DNA of 64,000 nt from Nitrosopumilus sp. (GCA_965218695.1 OZ244651.1:576001-640000), one strand, 5' to 3'; shown: positions 43,057 through 53,034, counted from the first letter of the stretch. Program-made: numbers and translations. The notes: generated from the letters alone by a model not told the origin.

Positions 43057-43091
43057 AGTTATTATACGGTGTTAGTACATATAAATATTAT
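43054..43091 (-). promoter_or_regulatory. Conserved 38-bp promoter module, second copy
   Basis: ATAATATTTATATGTACTAACACCGTATAATAACTATG versus ATAATGTTTATATATATTATAACCGTATTATAATTATG at 25736. Confidence 0.7.
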
Positions 43092-43423
43092 GAATACATA
43101 TACTATGTATGGTTCAAACCAAACAAGAACTTCTGACTGTCAATCAGGTGCGTAGTACTGTCCACTGCTATCCGCTCACTTTGACGTAAAAATACGGCAA
43201 AAATCCAATCCCTACGTGGCATTATTGTTGATGTTTTGCAGTCTTTCCAAACGCGACGCGGGGGTAGGTGGGTGGGGTTATCGTGTGTTCAATCACTACA
43301 ACCGTGACTATGACAGCAGACGCCACAGGTAAGCCGTAAACCATGGCCAAAAGAACTCCATCGGCCAGTGTAATCCAACCCGGTTCCTGTTTTTGATGGG
43401 ATTTTGCAAGTGTGTCATGTCAG

Positions 43424-43914
43424 TCAAGGCACGGGCATGGGACTTGAAATGCTCAGATCACCAAACTCCAATACGAGTCCATCCACCTCGCATCTCTCGT
43501 ACCCGAGCTGGTTCTGGAGGTCGCATATGTGGAAGCGGTAAGAGAGCGTGGCCGACTCCTCTTGGGCCGGCAAAAAGTCTGCGACGTACAGGTACACGTA
43601 CGTCATGTACGAGAAGAACACTATCCCAGATACCAGCACAGCGATGACTGCCAACCAGAACAGCGTCCTCATGGAGAGATCCTCCCTGACTCGTCCAGAT
43701 TCTTGACCTGGACAAATTCGCCATCAATGAAGCACGCAGGGTAACCCAGATCCCGCTCCAGATCGCAAATCTGCCATTCGTACTCGAGTCTTTTTTCCTC
43801 GGAGAGATGTGGTTTGTCCCCGATTAAACTGAAGGAGAGTGCGGCGAGCACAAACGTGACCAACATCGTTGCTGCTAAAGCAATCGTGATCTTCTTGTAG
43901 GGGAATGCGGTCAT
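43424..43914 (-). CDS. Tandem paralogous small membrane-anchored proteins (43669-43914, 43424-43672)
   Basis: Each has an N-terminal TM and the motif ICDLxxxLGYxxCxxDG; ATGA overlap. Confidence 0.75.
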
Positions 43915-43979
43915 ATTTAAAAAAGAAAGGAAGGTATCGAGGTAAAGTTCTTTGCGAAACTATGTAGTTTTTTGACATA

Positions 43980-44167
43980 AAACCAGGCCCTCGCGCCGGA
44001 TAGGCGGCAAGTTCTTCAAGATGACTGAGAAAGAGCGCGAGGTTGGATTGAAGTACATGCCATGGCTTGCATACACCAACAACCCGGACATTACCTGGAT
44101 CAAGCCGTATAAGATTATTCCATTGGATGAAGAACAGGCAGCCAAGCCCCAAGCCGATCACTTGTAA
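43980..44167 (+). pseudogene. 3' remnant of a paralog of the 14167-15294 protein
   Basis: RIGGKFFKMTEKERE...PWL...DITWIKPYKII versus WIGGSFFKLTDAERE...PWL...DIPWIKPYKII. Confidence 0.8.
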
Positions 44168-44210
44168 CGAGTTCTGCCGCGCTTAAATCAAATGCGGCCC
44201 ATAATTACAC

Positions 44211-45560
44211 ATGTACAAGACGGTCCGCGTGCCAATATACTATGATTCAAGATTCGAGGAGTCCTTCGAGGAGCAGCTGAAAAATTACGATACCGCGTAC
44301 AAGCACGCGATAGCCTGGTATTACGACGAGGCCGAAGCCGTGCGGGAGTTTTTGGAGGAACAGGGCGCGGAGCCGGATTCCATACCCGGACTGGTATGGA
44401 CGAGCCTGCCCGGAACGTACCATGCGTACTACAGGCTTACCGAATTCAGGCGCGGCAAAAACCTGGGACCCGCGCGCCTGCAAAGGGCCGCGTGCTGCCG
44501 CGCGCGTGAGGCGGTTTCCAAGTTCCTGCATTCCAACATGAAGAAGCGATGGTCCAGAGACAGACTGGCCAAAGACGGCCGCAAGCCCAGATGCAAAAAA
44601 CCAGAAACGCTTCTAAAAAACCAACACACCGTGCTATCGCAGGCCGCACCCATAGCCAAAAAAGGTGGCATGTTGTACCTGCCTGGCGTTGGCCAAATCC
44701 AACTGGCCCGCAAGATACCCAACATGGATATGCGGTCGTACTCATTAACAAGGAAGAGCGGATACATTGAACTGCATGTCTACATACGTGAACCAGATCC
44801 CCCTCTGAAGAGGAATGCGGGCGAGCCGATAATCTGCATAGACGCAGGAGTAAAGCACGCGCTGGCAGTATCGCTCCAGCAGGACGGAACCAACCACGTC
44901 TGGTTCATGGATCCGCCAGAAAATGCAAGAAGGCACAAGGACGATGATATCTCCTGGCTGTACTCCAAGCGTTCCAAGAAGAAGCGCGGCTCCCGCGACT
45001 ACAAGGCAATAACCAGACGGATCCAGGCCAAAGCCAAAAAGATTGCAAACCGCGCCCAAAACTGGGAGCGCCAGGCTGCGAGCTTTTTGTCCGGACTTGC
45101 CGGCAAGATAGTCGTGGAGGATCTGAACCTTCAGGCAATGGCCAAGCGAAAATACGACACGCCAGGCAACCGCGGTTTGAACCGCAGCATGGCATATTCT
45201 CGGATCGGCTCCCTTCTGGATACGATAGAATGGGGTTGCAAAAAGGGCGGCACCATACATGAAACCGTGCCCGCAGCATACACGTCCCAAACGTGCTGCA
45301 TGTGCGGGACCACAGATTCCAGATCCAGGGAAAACCAGGCAGACTTTCACTGCACGTGTTGCAGGTCCGCAATGAACGCGGACGAAAACGCCTCCGTGAG
45401 CATATCGGTTCGGGGAGGCGCGGCGGCAGGTATGGCCGTCGTCAAGCAGGAGGACGGTGCCCGTTTGTTCGGGCTTCCAAGGAAGGAACCGCCGACGCGC
45501 GGCCATTCCATGATAGCTCAAATTGCTCGGAGCCGCCGGACTGTCGGCAGACCCCGATAA
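44211..45560 (+). CDS. tnpB: IS200/IS605-family TnpB RNA-guided nuclease (no TnpA)
   Basis: RuvC I CIDAG, RuvC II VVEDL, YTSQTCCMCG...FHCTCC zinc ribbon, RuvC III NADENA. Confidence 0.93.
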   Translation: MYKTVRVPIYYDSRFEESFEEQLKNYDTAYKHAIAWYYDEAEAVREFLEEQGAEPDSIPGLVWTSLPGTYHAYYRLTEFRRGKNLGPARLQRAACCRAREAVSKFLHSNMKKRWSRDRLAKDGRKPRCKKPETLLKNQHTVLSQAAPIAKKGGMLYLPGVGQIQLARKIPNMDMRSYSLTRKSGYIELHVYIREPDPPLKRNAGEPIICIDAGVKHALAVSLQQDGTNHVWFMDPPENARRHKDDDISWLYSKRSKKKRGSRDYKAITRRIQAKAKKIANRAQNWERQAASFLSGLAGKIVVEDLNLQAMAKRKYDTPGNRGLNRSMAYSRIGSLLDTIEWGCKKGGTIHETVPAAYTSQTCCMCGTTDSRSRENQADFHCTCCRSAMNADENASVSISVRGGAAAGMAVVKQEDGARLFGLPRKEPPTRGHSMIAQIARSRRTVGRPR

Positions 45561-45767
45561 GTTAACAATACCTCGTACGCCCTGACCAGCCTGCGCTTGT
45601 CCGGATACGTCTCTGTCAGGTACTGCATTGCCGACTTTAGCGCAGATCTCTGATTGCTTGCCGATATGTCAGACCACTTGTGCTCGGACATGGGTTGGCC
45701 AGGACTGCCGGCGGTTGGAAACTGCATGACGTTTTGCCCCTTTTAACGAAAGCAGCCACGATCCAGC

Positions 45768-46037
45768 ATGGCAAAGGATTTCCAGGTCAAATACGACGGG
45801 CATGATGCCGTGCTGGCCGTGGGCGACTCCGTAACGTGCAAGACAGACGACAACAAGCAGCACGCGTTCTTTGACGTGCAGCTGGACCGCGTGTGTTTGG
45901 CGGCGCTGTCGGACAAAAAGTCAGTCAGGCTCAACTGGTTCGTGCAGGACGGCGTGGAGACGGCGTCGTTCAAGTCCAAGTACGCGGCTAGAATAGTGGA
46001 AGAGATACGCGCCGGGGGTGCTGCGCTGCATGGATGA
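45768..46037 (+). CDS. Hypothetical protein
   Basis: 89-aa ORF, TTTTAA box upstream, overlaps the next gene. Confidence 0.6.
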   Translation: MAKDFQVKYDGHDAVLAVGDSVTCKTDDNKQHAFFDVQLDRVCLAALSDKKSVRLNWFVQDGVETASFKSKYAARIVEEIRAGGAALHG

Positions 46038-47442
46038 TGATAATGACGGCATAGACAACATGTATGACGTGGACAGGCCTGCAGAAGGTGCCGGCCAGGC
46101 AGAGGCCCAAGAACCGGCCGGAAGCCGGAAGTCCGCAGAAGGCCCGGAACCGGCCGGAAGCCGGCCTGCAGGCGGGCCCGCAGAAACAAAGGAGTCTGAC
46201 AAGGATGCTGCGAATTCGGACGGCAAGAAATACTCGTCCACCGTCGAGCAGGGCACGGAGTTTGAAAAGCAGGTGGCCGATCTCATGAAATCATACGGCT
46301 ACAATGTGACGCACGACGTCACGTTGGTTGGGACTTCAGGAAACACGCACCAGATAGACGTGTATGCCGAGTACAAGTGCCCGATGCACACCAGCAAGAT
46401 GATAGTCGAGACCAAGTCGTACAAACACAATCTGAGCAAGGACATAGTGATGAAGCTGATGCGCCAGATGGAGGATCTCGGCATAGACAGGACGGTGCTG
46501 GCAACAACCAGCGACTTTTCCATCGGCGCCAAAAAAGAGGCAGCCGCGTACGGCACCATAGAACTGTGGAACGGCGACAAGATCAAGGAATTCATGGCAA
46601 ACAAGGGAATTGACACAAGCGACGCGGGACTGCTCGGTGCTGCCAAGCGATTCATACGGGCCAAGGTCAACGGCAAGCGGATCCGCAAGAACGCGTCCAA
46701 ATCCGCAAAAAGCAGGTCCGGCGGCGCCATATTCGGCAGGGGCAAACCGAAGGAAAGCGTCACCCAGGTCGAGATGGTATCGTACCCGTATCTGGACGTC
46801 AGCGTCCAGACCAACATAACCAGGATGGAAAAGACCGGCTGGAGGAAGCGCGAATCCGTGACCCGCACGGTGGTGGAACACGTCACGCTGGACGGCCGCA
46901 CGGGCGTGCTGGCGGATTTTGCGAAAAACGGCCCGTCGTACAAGTATGCGTATCTTGATTCCATGCTTGACGACGAGATGGCGATCCTGCACGAAGTCGC
47001 CGGAAAGCAGTCGTTCGGGCGTGAAGAGATCAGCAAGACCGGCCTGTCGTCGGGTGCCGCAAACACAGCCTTGCTGAAGATGGCCGGCATCGGCATCGTC
47101 AAACAAATGGGCACAAAACCAGTCAAGTACGTCTCGAAAGCGCCGTTTCCGGCGGCTCCGGCCGCGTTGAGGGGCATAGGGAAACTGTTCGGCAAGGGCA
47201 TGATTGACCGGGATCCCGGGAACCGAATAATAGACATCCGCGCCAGGATCGGCGACATGGAAAAGAGCCTTGGCAGATATTGGAATGGATGCAAGGTCAT
47301 TTCAGTCGAGCAGGTATATTACCCGTACTATGACGTGCGCTACGAATCCACCGACGACAGCAAGCGCAACGAGATGATAGACGGCATCACCGGCAGGCCG
47401 CAAAAGTACCTGGCAAAAGTCATGGCAGCCGACGATGATTGA
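46030..47442 (+). CDS. Mrr-like restriction endonuclease (PD-(D/E)XK) with C-terminal extension
   Basis: GTEFEKQVADL...HQIDVYA...IVETK...FSIGA...IELW Mrr_cat motifs; low-complexity N-terminal repeat (EPAGSR x2). Confidence 0.85.
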   Translation: MDDDNDGIDNMYDVDRPAEGAGQAEAQEPAGSRKSAEGPEPAGSRPAGGPAETKESDKDAANSDGKKYSSTVEQGTEFEKQVADLMKSYGYNVTHDVTLVGTSGNTHQIDVYAEYKCPMHTSKMIVETKSYKHNLSKDIVMKLMRQMEDLGIDRTVLATTSDFSIGAKKEAAAYGTIELWNGDKIKEFMANKGIDTSDAGLLGAAKRFIRAKVNGKRIRKNASKSAKSRSGGAIFGRGKPKESVTQVEMVSYPYLDVSVQTNITRMEKTGWRKRESVTRTVVEHVTLDGRTGVLADFAKNGPSYKYAYLDSMLDDEMAILHEVAGKQSFGREEISKTGLSSGAANTALLKMAGIGIVKQMGTKPVKYVSKAPFPAAPAALRGIGKLFGKGMIDRDPGNRIIDIRARIGDMEKSLGRYWNGCKVISVEQVYYPYYDVRYESTDDSKRNEMIDGITGRPQKYLAKVMAADDD

Positions 47443-47472
47443 TTCTTATACAGTTTTGGACCATTCTGTTCC

Positions 47473-47601
47473 ATGGAATTGATATTCCATTGTCCTGGTT
47501 GCGGCCATTGCATGTCATACGCGAGCCATGAATACGACAGGTTGGAGCGCGACTGCGAGGATTGGGACGTTGGCGGATGTCCGTCATGCGGCAAAAAATA
47601 A
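47473..47601 (+). CDS. 42-aa zinc-ribbon microprotein (not in ORF track)
   Basis: MELIFHCPGCGH...WDVGGCPSCGKK; CTTATAC box at 47445-47451. Confidence 0.65.
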   Translation: MELIFHCPGCGHCMSYASHEYDRLERDCEDWDVGGCPSCGKK

Positions 47602-47714
47602 TTTGGCGCGTAGTGCTTTTACCATTTTCCCCGCATCATTACGTGAAAAAAACCTGTGATATCTGCTGGTATCAATATGACCGCAGGACGCGTAATTCTT
47701 GTCCCAACTGCGGG

Positions 47715-48206
47715 TCAAGCGATTAACCCGGCCCACCTTTTCACGTCTATCGGGTCCAGCATGGTGCATTCTATGCCAGCCGCCTTCAGCAGTTTGTCGT
47801 CATTTTCAGCATACGTCCCAATGCAGACAATCCTCCTGATTCCTGCCGTGATTAACATTTTGGTGCACTCCAAACATGGAACCAGCGTCGTGTACATTGT
47901 GGAGCCGCCGACTGCCACGCCCAGCGTGGCGCAGTGCACTATGGCGTTGGATTCTGCGTGGCTGCAAAGGCAGCGTTCAAGTGATTCGCCCGATCTTATC
48001 TTGCCTGCCTTTCGTTTTGCGCACCTGTCGCACCCGCCCTCGTAACAGTTGGCTAGCCCGGACGGCGTGCCGTTGTATCCCGCAGAAAGCTGTATGTGGT
48101 CACGTACAATCACGGCCCCGATCTTGCGCGTGAGGCAGTTGGAGCGCAATTTGACCAGCTCGGCCTGCAGCATGAAGTACGTGTCCCAGTCCGGCCTTGC
48201 GTCCAT
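47715..48206 (-). CDS. dCMP deaminase (ComEB family)
   Basis: RPDWDTYFM, RSNC, GYNG, HAESNA, PCLEC motifs. Confidence 0.94.
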   Translation of the reverse strand: MDARPDWDTYFMLQAELVKLRSNCLTRKIGAVIVRDHIQLSAGYNGTPSGLANCYEGGCDRCAKRKAGKIRSGESLERCLCSHAESNAIVHCATLGVAVGGSTMYTTLVPCLECTKMLITAGIRRIVCIGTYAENDDKLLKAAGIECTMLDPIDVKRWAGLIA

Positions 48207-48279
48207 GCATTGAATGGACGGTTTTGTTTTAAGGAGAACTTCAAGTTGGTTCCTTTTATCCAAACACGCCCTTTATTCC

Positions 48280-48424
48280 ATGCCGCCTGTAGTAATACGG
48301 ATAACCGAGTTGAGCTGCGAGCATTGCGGCCATTCATTTTTACGGGCACGGCGAGTTTTACCGGATGGTTCAGGATGCCAACGCCTGGGGGAAGAACGGC
48401 TGTCCGCAATGCGGCAGACGCTAG
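48280..48424 (+). pseudogene. Frameshifted paralog of the 47473-47601 zinc ribbon
   Basis: CEHCGHSF, then in a shifted frame YGHGEFYRMVQDANAWGKNGCPQCGRR; frameshift within a T5 run near 48337. Confidence 0.6.
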
Positions 48425-48517
48425 GCCGTAATTTTCCGTTCTGCATGATGCGCCCTAGTGTGTAAAGACAGGCGTTAATGAGATGAACTCCTTTTATCTG
48501 ATTCAAATCTGCCCTGC

Positions 48518-51500
48518 ATGCCAGAGATTAGTCGGTTCAAAAAGCGAAGCGGCACGGTCGTGGATTTTGACTCTGACAAGATAAAGAACGTCATACAGCG
48601 GGCGCTGTCGGCAGACGGCGGCGACGAGTCTTTGGCAGAATCGCTTACCGCCCAGGTGGTAGAACGGCTCGGCAAGGAGGGACAGGAGATGCAGTCCTCC
48701 GAGCACGTCCAGGACTTGGTCGAACTGGTGCTTATCGACAACGGCCACAGCAGCGTCGCAAAGTCGCTCATCATTCACCGCCACGAGAACCGCAAACTCA
48801 AGGACGAGAAGAAGGCGCTGCTGAACGTAAAGGTGCTGGATCCGGTGGCCAAGAAATTCGGGATCAACAGCCTGCGCGTGCTGGCCTCGCGCTGCCTGGC
48901 AAAGAACCCGGACGGCGAGATTATCGAGACGCCCACGCAGTGCCTTGAAAGGGTGGCAGTCGGAGTCGGCCTGGCCGGCATACTGTACGGACGCGAAGTG
49001 TTTGACCGCGACGGCGGGCACGCGCAGGACAGGTCCGAGGCGATAGCATACCTGGAAAAACTCGACGCGTTTGACAACAAGTTCTACATTGGCAAATATT
49101 ACCTGAACAAGTGGCATTTTCGCTCCCTGATAAACCAGTACGTGCGGCTTTGCGACGCCGGCTGCATGAAGGCGTCGTTCAAGACCGTGCTTACCATGCT
49201 GGCCAAGAACCGGTTCGCGTGCCTGGAGACGACAATCCAGCACTATTATGCCATGATGGAGGCACAGGATTTCCTGCCCAATTCCCCGACGCTGATGAAC
49301 GCCGGGGGCCGGCTGGGCCAACTGTCAGCGTGCTTCGTGCTGGACATGGAAGACAATCTGGATGACATCATGAAGACTACCAGCCAGACGGCCGTAATAT
49401 TCCAGAGCGGGGGCGGGGTCGGAATCAACTATTCAAAAATAAGGCCGGAAGGCGAGATGGTCGCCTCGACATTCGGCGTCGCGTCCGGCCCGGTATCGTT
49501 CATGAATATCATCAACGAGGTGACTGAAGTAGTCAAGCAGGGTGGAAAGAGGCGCGGCGCCAACATGGGGATCATGGAGGTCTGGCACCCGGACATCGAG
49601 AAGTTCATCACCAAAAAGATGGAGCCCGGCGAGCTGGAGAACTTCAACGTCAGCGTCGGCGTGTGGGAGGACTTTTGGGATGCCCTGGAAAAGGGTGAGG
49701 AATACTACGTGTTGCACGACCCGCGGAACCAGAAGGTCGTCGGCAGGATAAACCTGCACCATTTGGTTGATGTCATAGCGCACTCCGCGTGGGAAAGCGG
49801 CGAGCCTGGCATGCTGTTCTTTGACCGCATCAACCAGTACAACGTGTTTGCCAAGGCGAGGAACGGGCCGCTGAGGGCTACAAACCCGTGCGTGACTGCA
49901 GACACGCTGGTATTCACGAAGTTCGGCCTGCAGAAGATTGGCGACATGTGGGACACGCAGGAGGACGTCATACCGGCCATAGATGGCAGGATGGGTGCCG
50001 AGCCATTCAGGTGCGGCTCAGCTGTCAAGGCAAGCGGCGTGAAACCAGTGTACAGGTTGGTAACCCGCGAAGGCTACGAGGTCAGGCTTACCGCGGATCA
50101 CAAGGTCATGACGGAACGGGGCTGGGTAAGGGCAATTGATCTTAAGGGGTCTGACCAGATATATCTGACGAACCGTCCTGGCGGGTTTGGCGATCAGGGG
50201 GATGCCAAACTCGGGAAGGTATTGGGCTGGCTTGTCGGGGACGGGACGCTTTACGGCAAGAGGGCAGTACTGCCGTTCTTTGGCGAAAAGCAGGAATTGG
50301 CAACAGAGTTTGCCGGCATGATGGAGGCGTGCGTGCCCGCGCCGGTCGGTACCAGAAAACACTATTCCATCGGGGCCTCAAAGATCAAGGACCGGGACGA
50401 GACGCGCGTGGGATCGATGAGGTTTTACAGGGTGGCTTCCGCTCATGGGTTGACGCCCGGGCACAAGCTCGTGGTGCCTGAGAGCGTGTTCCTCGGGACC
50501 AAGGCCATGCAGGCAGGATTCTTGAGTGCGCTGTTTACCGCCGACGGGCACGTGGAAGGCGGCAGACACCGTGGCACAGCTATTATACTCTCGTCAATCT
50601 CGCACGAATTGCTGTCCGGCGTGCAAAAACTGTTACTCAATTTTGGCATAGCCAGCAGGATATACAGGGACAGGTGGAACGAACGAGTCAAGATGATGCC
50701 GGATGGCAGGGGCGACAAAAAGGAATACAGGTGCAAGCCGTGCCACCAGATACAGATAAGCAAGGACAACGTACTCAGATTCAAATCCGAAATAGGTTTC
50801 ATGCTAAAATCAAAAAATAACAGAATTGAATTAAATTTGTCATGCAACAAGAACGGCCCCAAATCTGAACTCTTCCTGGCTAGGTTCAAGGAGATAGTTC
50901 CAGAAGGAAATGAGCAGGTGTTTGACATTACCGAGCCCAACACACATTCGTTTGCCGCAAACGGCATAATCGTATCAAATTGCGCCGAACAAAGCATGTA
51001 TCCCTATGAATCCTGCAACCTCGGCTCCATAAACCTGTCCAACATGACAAGGGACGGCAAGTTCGACTGGGAAAGATACGAGGCAGCGATACGCGTCTGC
51101 ACCAGGTTCCTGGATTCCATCATAGACGTCACGAACTATCCGATACCGGAGATTGAAAAGGCCAGCATAGAAAGCAGGCGCACCGGGCTGGGGGTAATGG
51201 GCGTGGCCGACCTGCTGTACAAGCTCGGCATACCGTACAACTCCAAGAAGGGATACGAACTGCAGGACAGGCTGGCCGAGGCGCTGTCATACTATTCCAT
51301 GGACGAGAGCGTCGCGCTTGCAAAAGAACGCGGCGAGTTCGCGCTGTGCCCAAAATCCGAATACCCTGACGGCAAGATCCCGATTGCCGGATACTATGAA
51401 AAGGCCGCAAGGCACGACTGGGACGGCCTCATCGAACGGATCAAGGAGCACGGCATACGAAACGTCCTCACCACCACGATAGCCCCCACAGGCTCGCTGG

Positions 51501-52210
51501 CCATGATAGCAGAATGCTCAAACGGCATGGAGCCGGTATTTGCCATATCGTATGAAAAGCGCGTCGCGGTGGGCAAGTTTGTATACACGAACAGCGTGGT
51601 GCGCCGGATCTTGGAGGAAGAGGGCATATACAGCGACGAGCTGGCGCAAAAGATATCCGACAGCGGCGGCTCGCTGCGCGGGATTGCCGAGATTCCGGCC
51701 AAGTACCGCAACCTGTTTGTCACGGCCATGGACATACACTGGGCGGACCACGTCATGGCGCAGGCGACGTGGCAGAACTGGATAGGAAACGCCATCAGCA
51801 AGACGATAAACATGCCGCACGACGCCTCCCCTGAGTCGGTAAAGTCGGCGTACCTGCTGGCCCACGAGCTTGGCGTGAAGGGGATTACCATTTACCGCGA
51901 CGGCTCCAGGCACGCGCAGGTGCTGCACAAGTCGGGCGGGGGGAAGGACTCGTGCACCGCACCGGTCATGCCGCCCAGCAAACACGTCATGGAATACGTG
52001 CAAAACGGCATCACCAACGCCTACGTGCGGAAGAACATGAGCGGCCTGGACGGCACGGTGCAGATAAGCGTGGAGCGGCCCCACAGGGAACCTACAGTCC
52101 AGGACAAGCAGGAACGCGACATCTGCCCTAACTGCAAGAGCCGCTTGACGTTTGCCGAAGGCTGCTCGATGTGCGTCGAGTGCGGGTACAGTGGCTGCTC
52201 GTCTGGATGA
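48518..52210 (+). CDS. nrdJ: Class II (adenosylcobalamin-dependent) ribonucleotide reductase with ATP cone and intein
   Basis: KRSG ATP cone, PNSPTLMNAG, LSACFV, GGGVG, TNPC/AEQ split by an intein, TTIAPTG, ISKTIN, KGITIYRDGSR, C-terminal CxxC zinc ribbon. Confidence 0.96.
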   Translation: MPEISRFKKRSGTVVDFDSDKIKNVIQRALSADGGDESLAESLTAQVVERLGKEGQEMQSSEHVQDLVELVLIDNGHSSVAKSLIIHRHENRKLKDEKKALLNVKVLDPVAKKFGINSLRVLASRCLAKNPDGEIIETPTQCLERVAVGVGLAGILYGREVFDRDGGHAQDRSEAIAYLEKLDAFDNKFYIGKYYLNKWHFRSLINQYVRLCDAGCMKASFKTVLTMLAKNRFACLETTIQHYYAMMEAQDFLPNSPTLMNAGGRLGQLSACFVLDMEDNLDDIMKTTSQTAVIFQSGGGVGINYSKIRPEGEMVASTFGVASGPVSFMNIINEVTEVVKQGGKRRGANMGIMEVWHPDIEKFITKKMEPGELENFNVSVGVWEDFWDALEKGEEYYVLHDPRNQKVVGRINLHHLVDVIAHSAWESGEPGMLFFDRINQYNVFAKARNGPLRATNPCVTADTLVFTKFGLQKIGDMWDTQEDVIPAIDGRMGAEPFRCGSAVKASGVKPVYRLVTREGYEVRLTADHKVMTERGWVRAIDLKGSDQIYLTNRPGGFGDQGDAKLGKVLGWLVGDGTLYGKRAVLPFFGEKQELATEFAGMMEACVPAPVGTRKHYSIGASKIKDRDETRVGSMRFYRVASAHGLTPGHKLVVPESVFLGTKAMQAGFLSALFTADGHVEGGRHRGTAIILSSISHELLSGVQKLLLNFGIASRIYRDRWNERVKMMPDGRGDKKEYRCKPCHQIQISKDNVLRFKSEIGFMLKSKNNRIELNLSCNKNGPKSELFLARFKEIVPEGNEQVFDITEPNTHSFAANGIIVSNCAEQSMYPYESCNLGSINLSNMTRDGKFDWERYEAAIRVCTRFLDSIIDVTNYPIPEIEKASIESRRTGLGVMGVADLLYKLGIPYNSKKGYELQDRLAEALSYYSMDESVALAKERGEFALCPKSEYPDGKIPIAGYYEKAARHDWDGLIERIKEHGIRNVLTTTIAPTGSLAMIAECSNGMEPVFAISYEKRVAVGKFVYTNSVVRRILEEEGIYSDELAQKISDSGGSLRGIAEIPAKYRNLFVTAMDIHWADHVMAQATWQNWIGNAISKTINMPHDASPESVKSAYLLAHELGVKGITIYRDGSRHAQVLHKSGGGKDSCTAPVMPPSKHVMEYVQNGITNAYVRKNMSGLDGTVQISVERPHREPTVQDKQERDICPNCKSRLTFAEGCSMCVECGYSGCSSG
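49889..50980 (+). mobile_element. Intein with LAGLIDADG homing endonuclease in RNR (364 aa)
   Basis: TNP|CVTADT...LTADHKV...LGWLVGDG...FLSALFTADG...ANGIIVSN|CAEQ; inserted at the catalytic thiyl cysteine. Confidence 0.95.
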
Positions 52211-52258
52211 GTCCAGTCCGCATCAGACTGCCTTTTTAGCAAACCACGCAATGCTTGC

Positions 52259-52627
52259 ATGGTAACGACCGTGCGCCTGATGTACGCGCTGCTGGGAGGC
52301 GGTTCCATGAAGACCGACGGGGCAAAGGCCGGATGGCTGGCCGGGTTCGTCAGGAACATGCCCGACGGGAACGCGGCAATCGTGTACGGCATGTGCGCCG
52401 CGTGCGCGTACATCGGACGCGAAAACAAGGCATACAAGGAGTTGGAAATCGGCCATGCTGCAAATTACAGGGATTCAATATTGCGTGCAATCGACGTGTC
52501 GATGCGGTCCAGAACAGACGGCGGCCTGCGGTGCGCAAAATGCAAGGACGGCATCGACATCACCGACGAGATAATCCAGAACTACAGGAACGGCAAGATA
52601 TTCTGTGCCGCGTGCGCGAAGCGCTGA
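52259..52627 (+). CDS. Hypothetical Cys-rich protein
   Basis: CAAC...CAKC...FCAAC motifs. Confidence 0.6.
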   Translation: MVTTVRLMYALLGGGSMKTDGAKAGWLAGFVRNMPDGNAAIVYGMCAACAYIGRENKAYKELEIGHAANYRDSILRAIDVSMRSRTDGGLRCAKCKDGIDITDEIIQNYRNGKIFCAACAKR

Positions 52628-52689
52628 CATGAAGCGGGTGCCAGAACGCGGCTAACAACAATTTTATAAAATCCATACCATTGCACGGT

Positions 52690-53034
52690 ATGGCATACAC
52701 GTGTCCGGCCTGCCAGAGGGCCGAACCCGGACGGACAAAGGAACAATATTGGAAGTGGGTTGACAGGGGCACGAAGAGGTATCTGTGCGACGACTGTACC
52801 AAGGAGATGAACCGTGATCTTAAATCCGGGGAACACAAAAAATACGTCAGAAAGACCCAGCTTGGCACGCCGCACCCGCCTTCTTGGCAGCGGGCATGGA
52901 CAGACGGCGACATCAAACGGCTCGGCGAGCCTGACTTTTTTGGCGCAAACATGTCACCCGGGGGCGGGAAGCATCCAAGTCGGATATACATGGTGGCAAG
53001 GATAAGGAAGGCCGAAGAGTGCTTTCTCTCATAG
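52690..53034 (+). CDS. Zinc-finger protein
   Basis: YTCPAC...LCDDC; TTTTATAA box at 52662-52669. Confidence 0.6.
   Translation: MAYTCPACQRAEPGRTKEQYWKWVDRGTKRYLCDDCTKEMNRDLKSGEHKKYVRKTQLGTPHPPSWQRAWTDGDIKRLGEPDFFGANMSPGGGKHPSRIYMVARIRKAEECFLS

Noticed and set aside
43980-44167. Possible DGR template/variable repeat pair with 15121-15294
   Set aside because: Differences include many synonymous and non-adenine changes, and no reverse transcriptase is present; an ordinary paralog remnant fits better.
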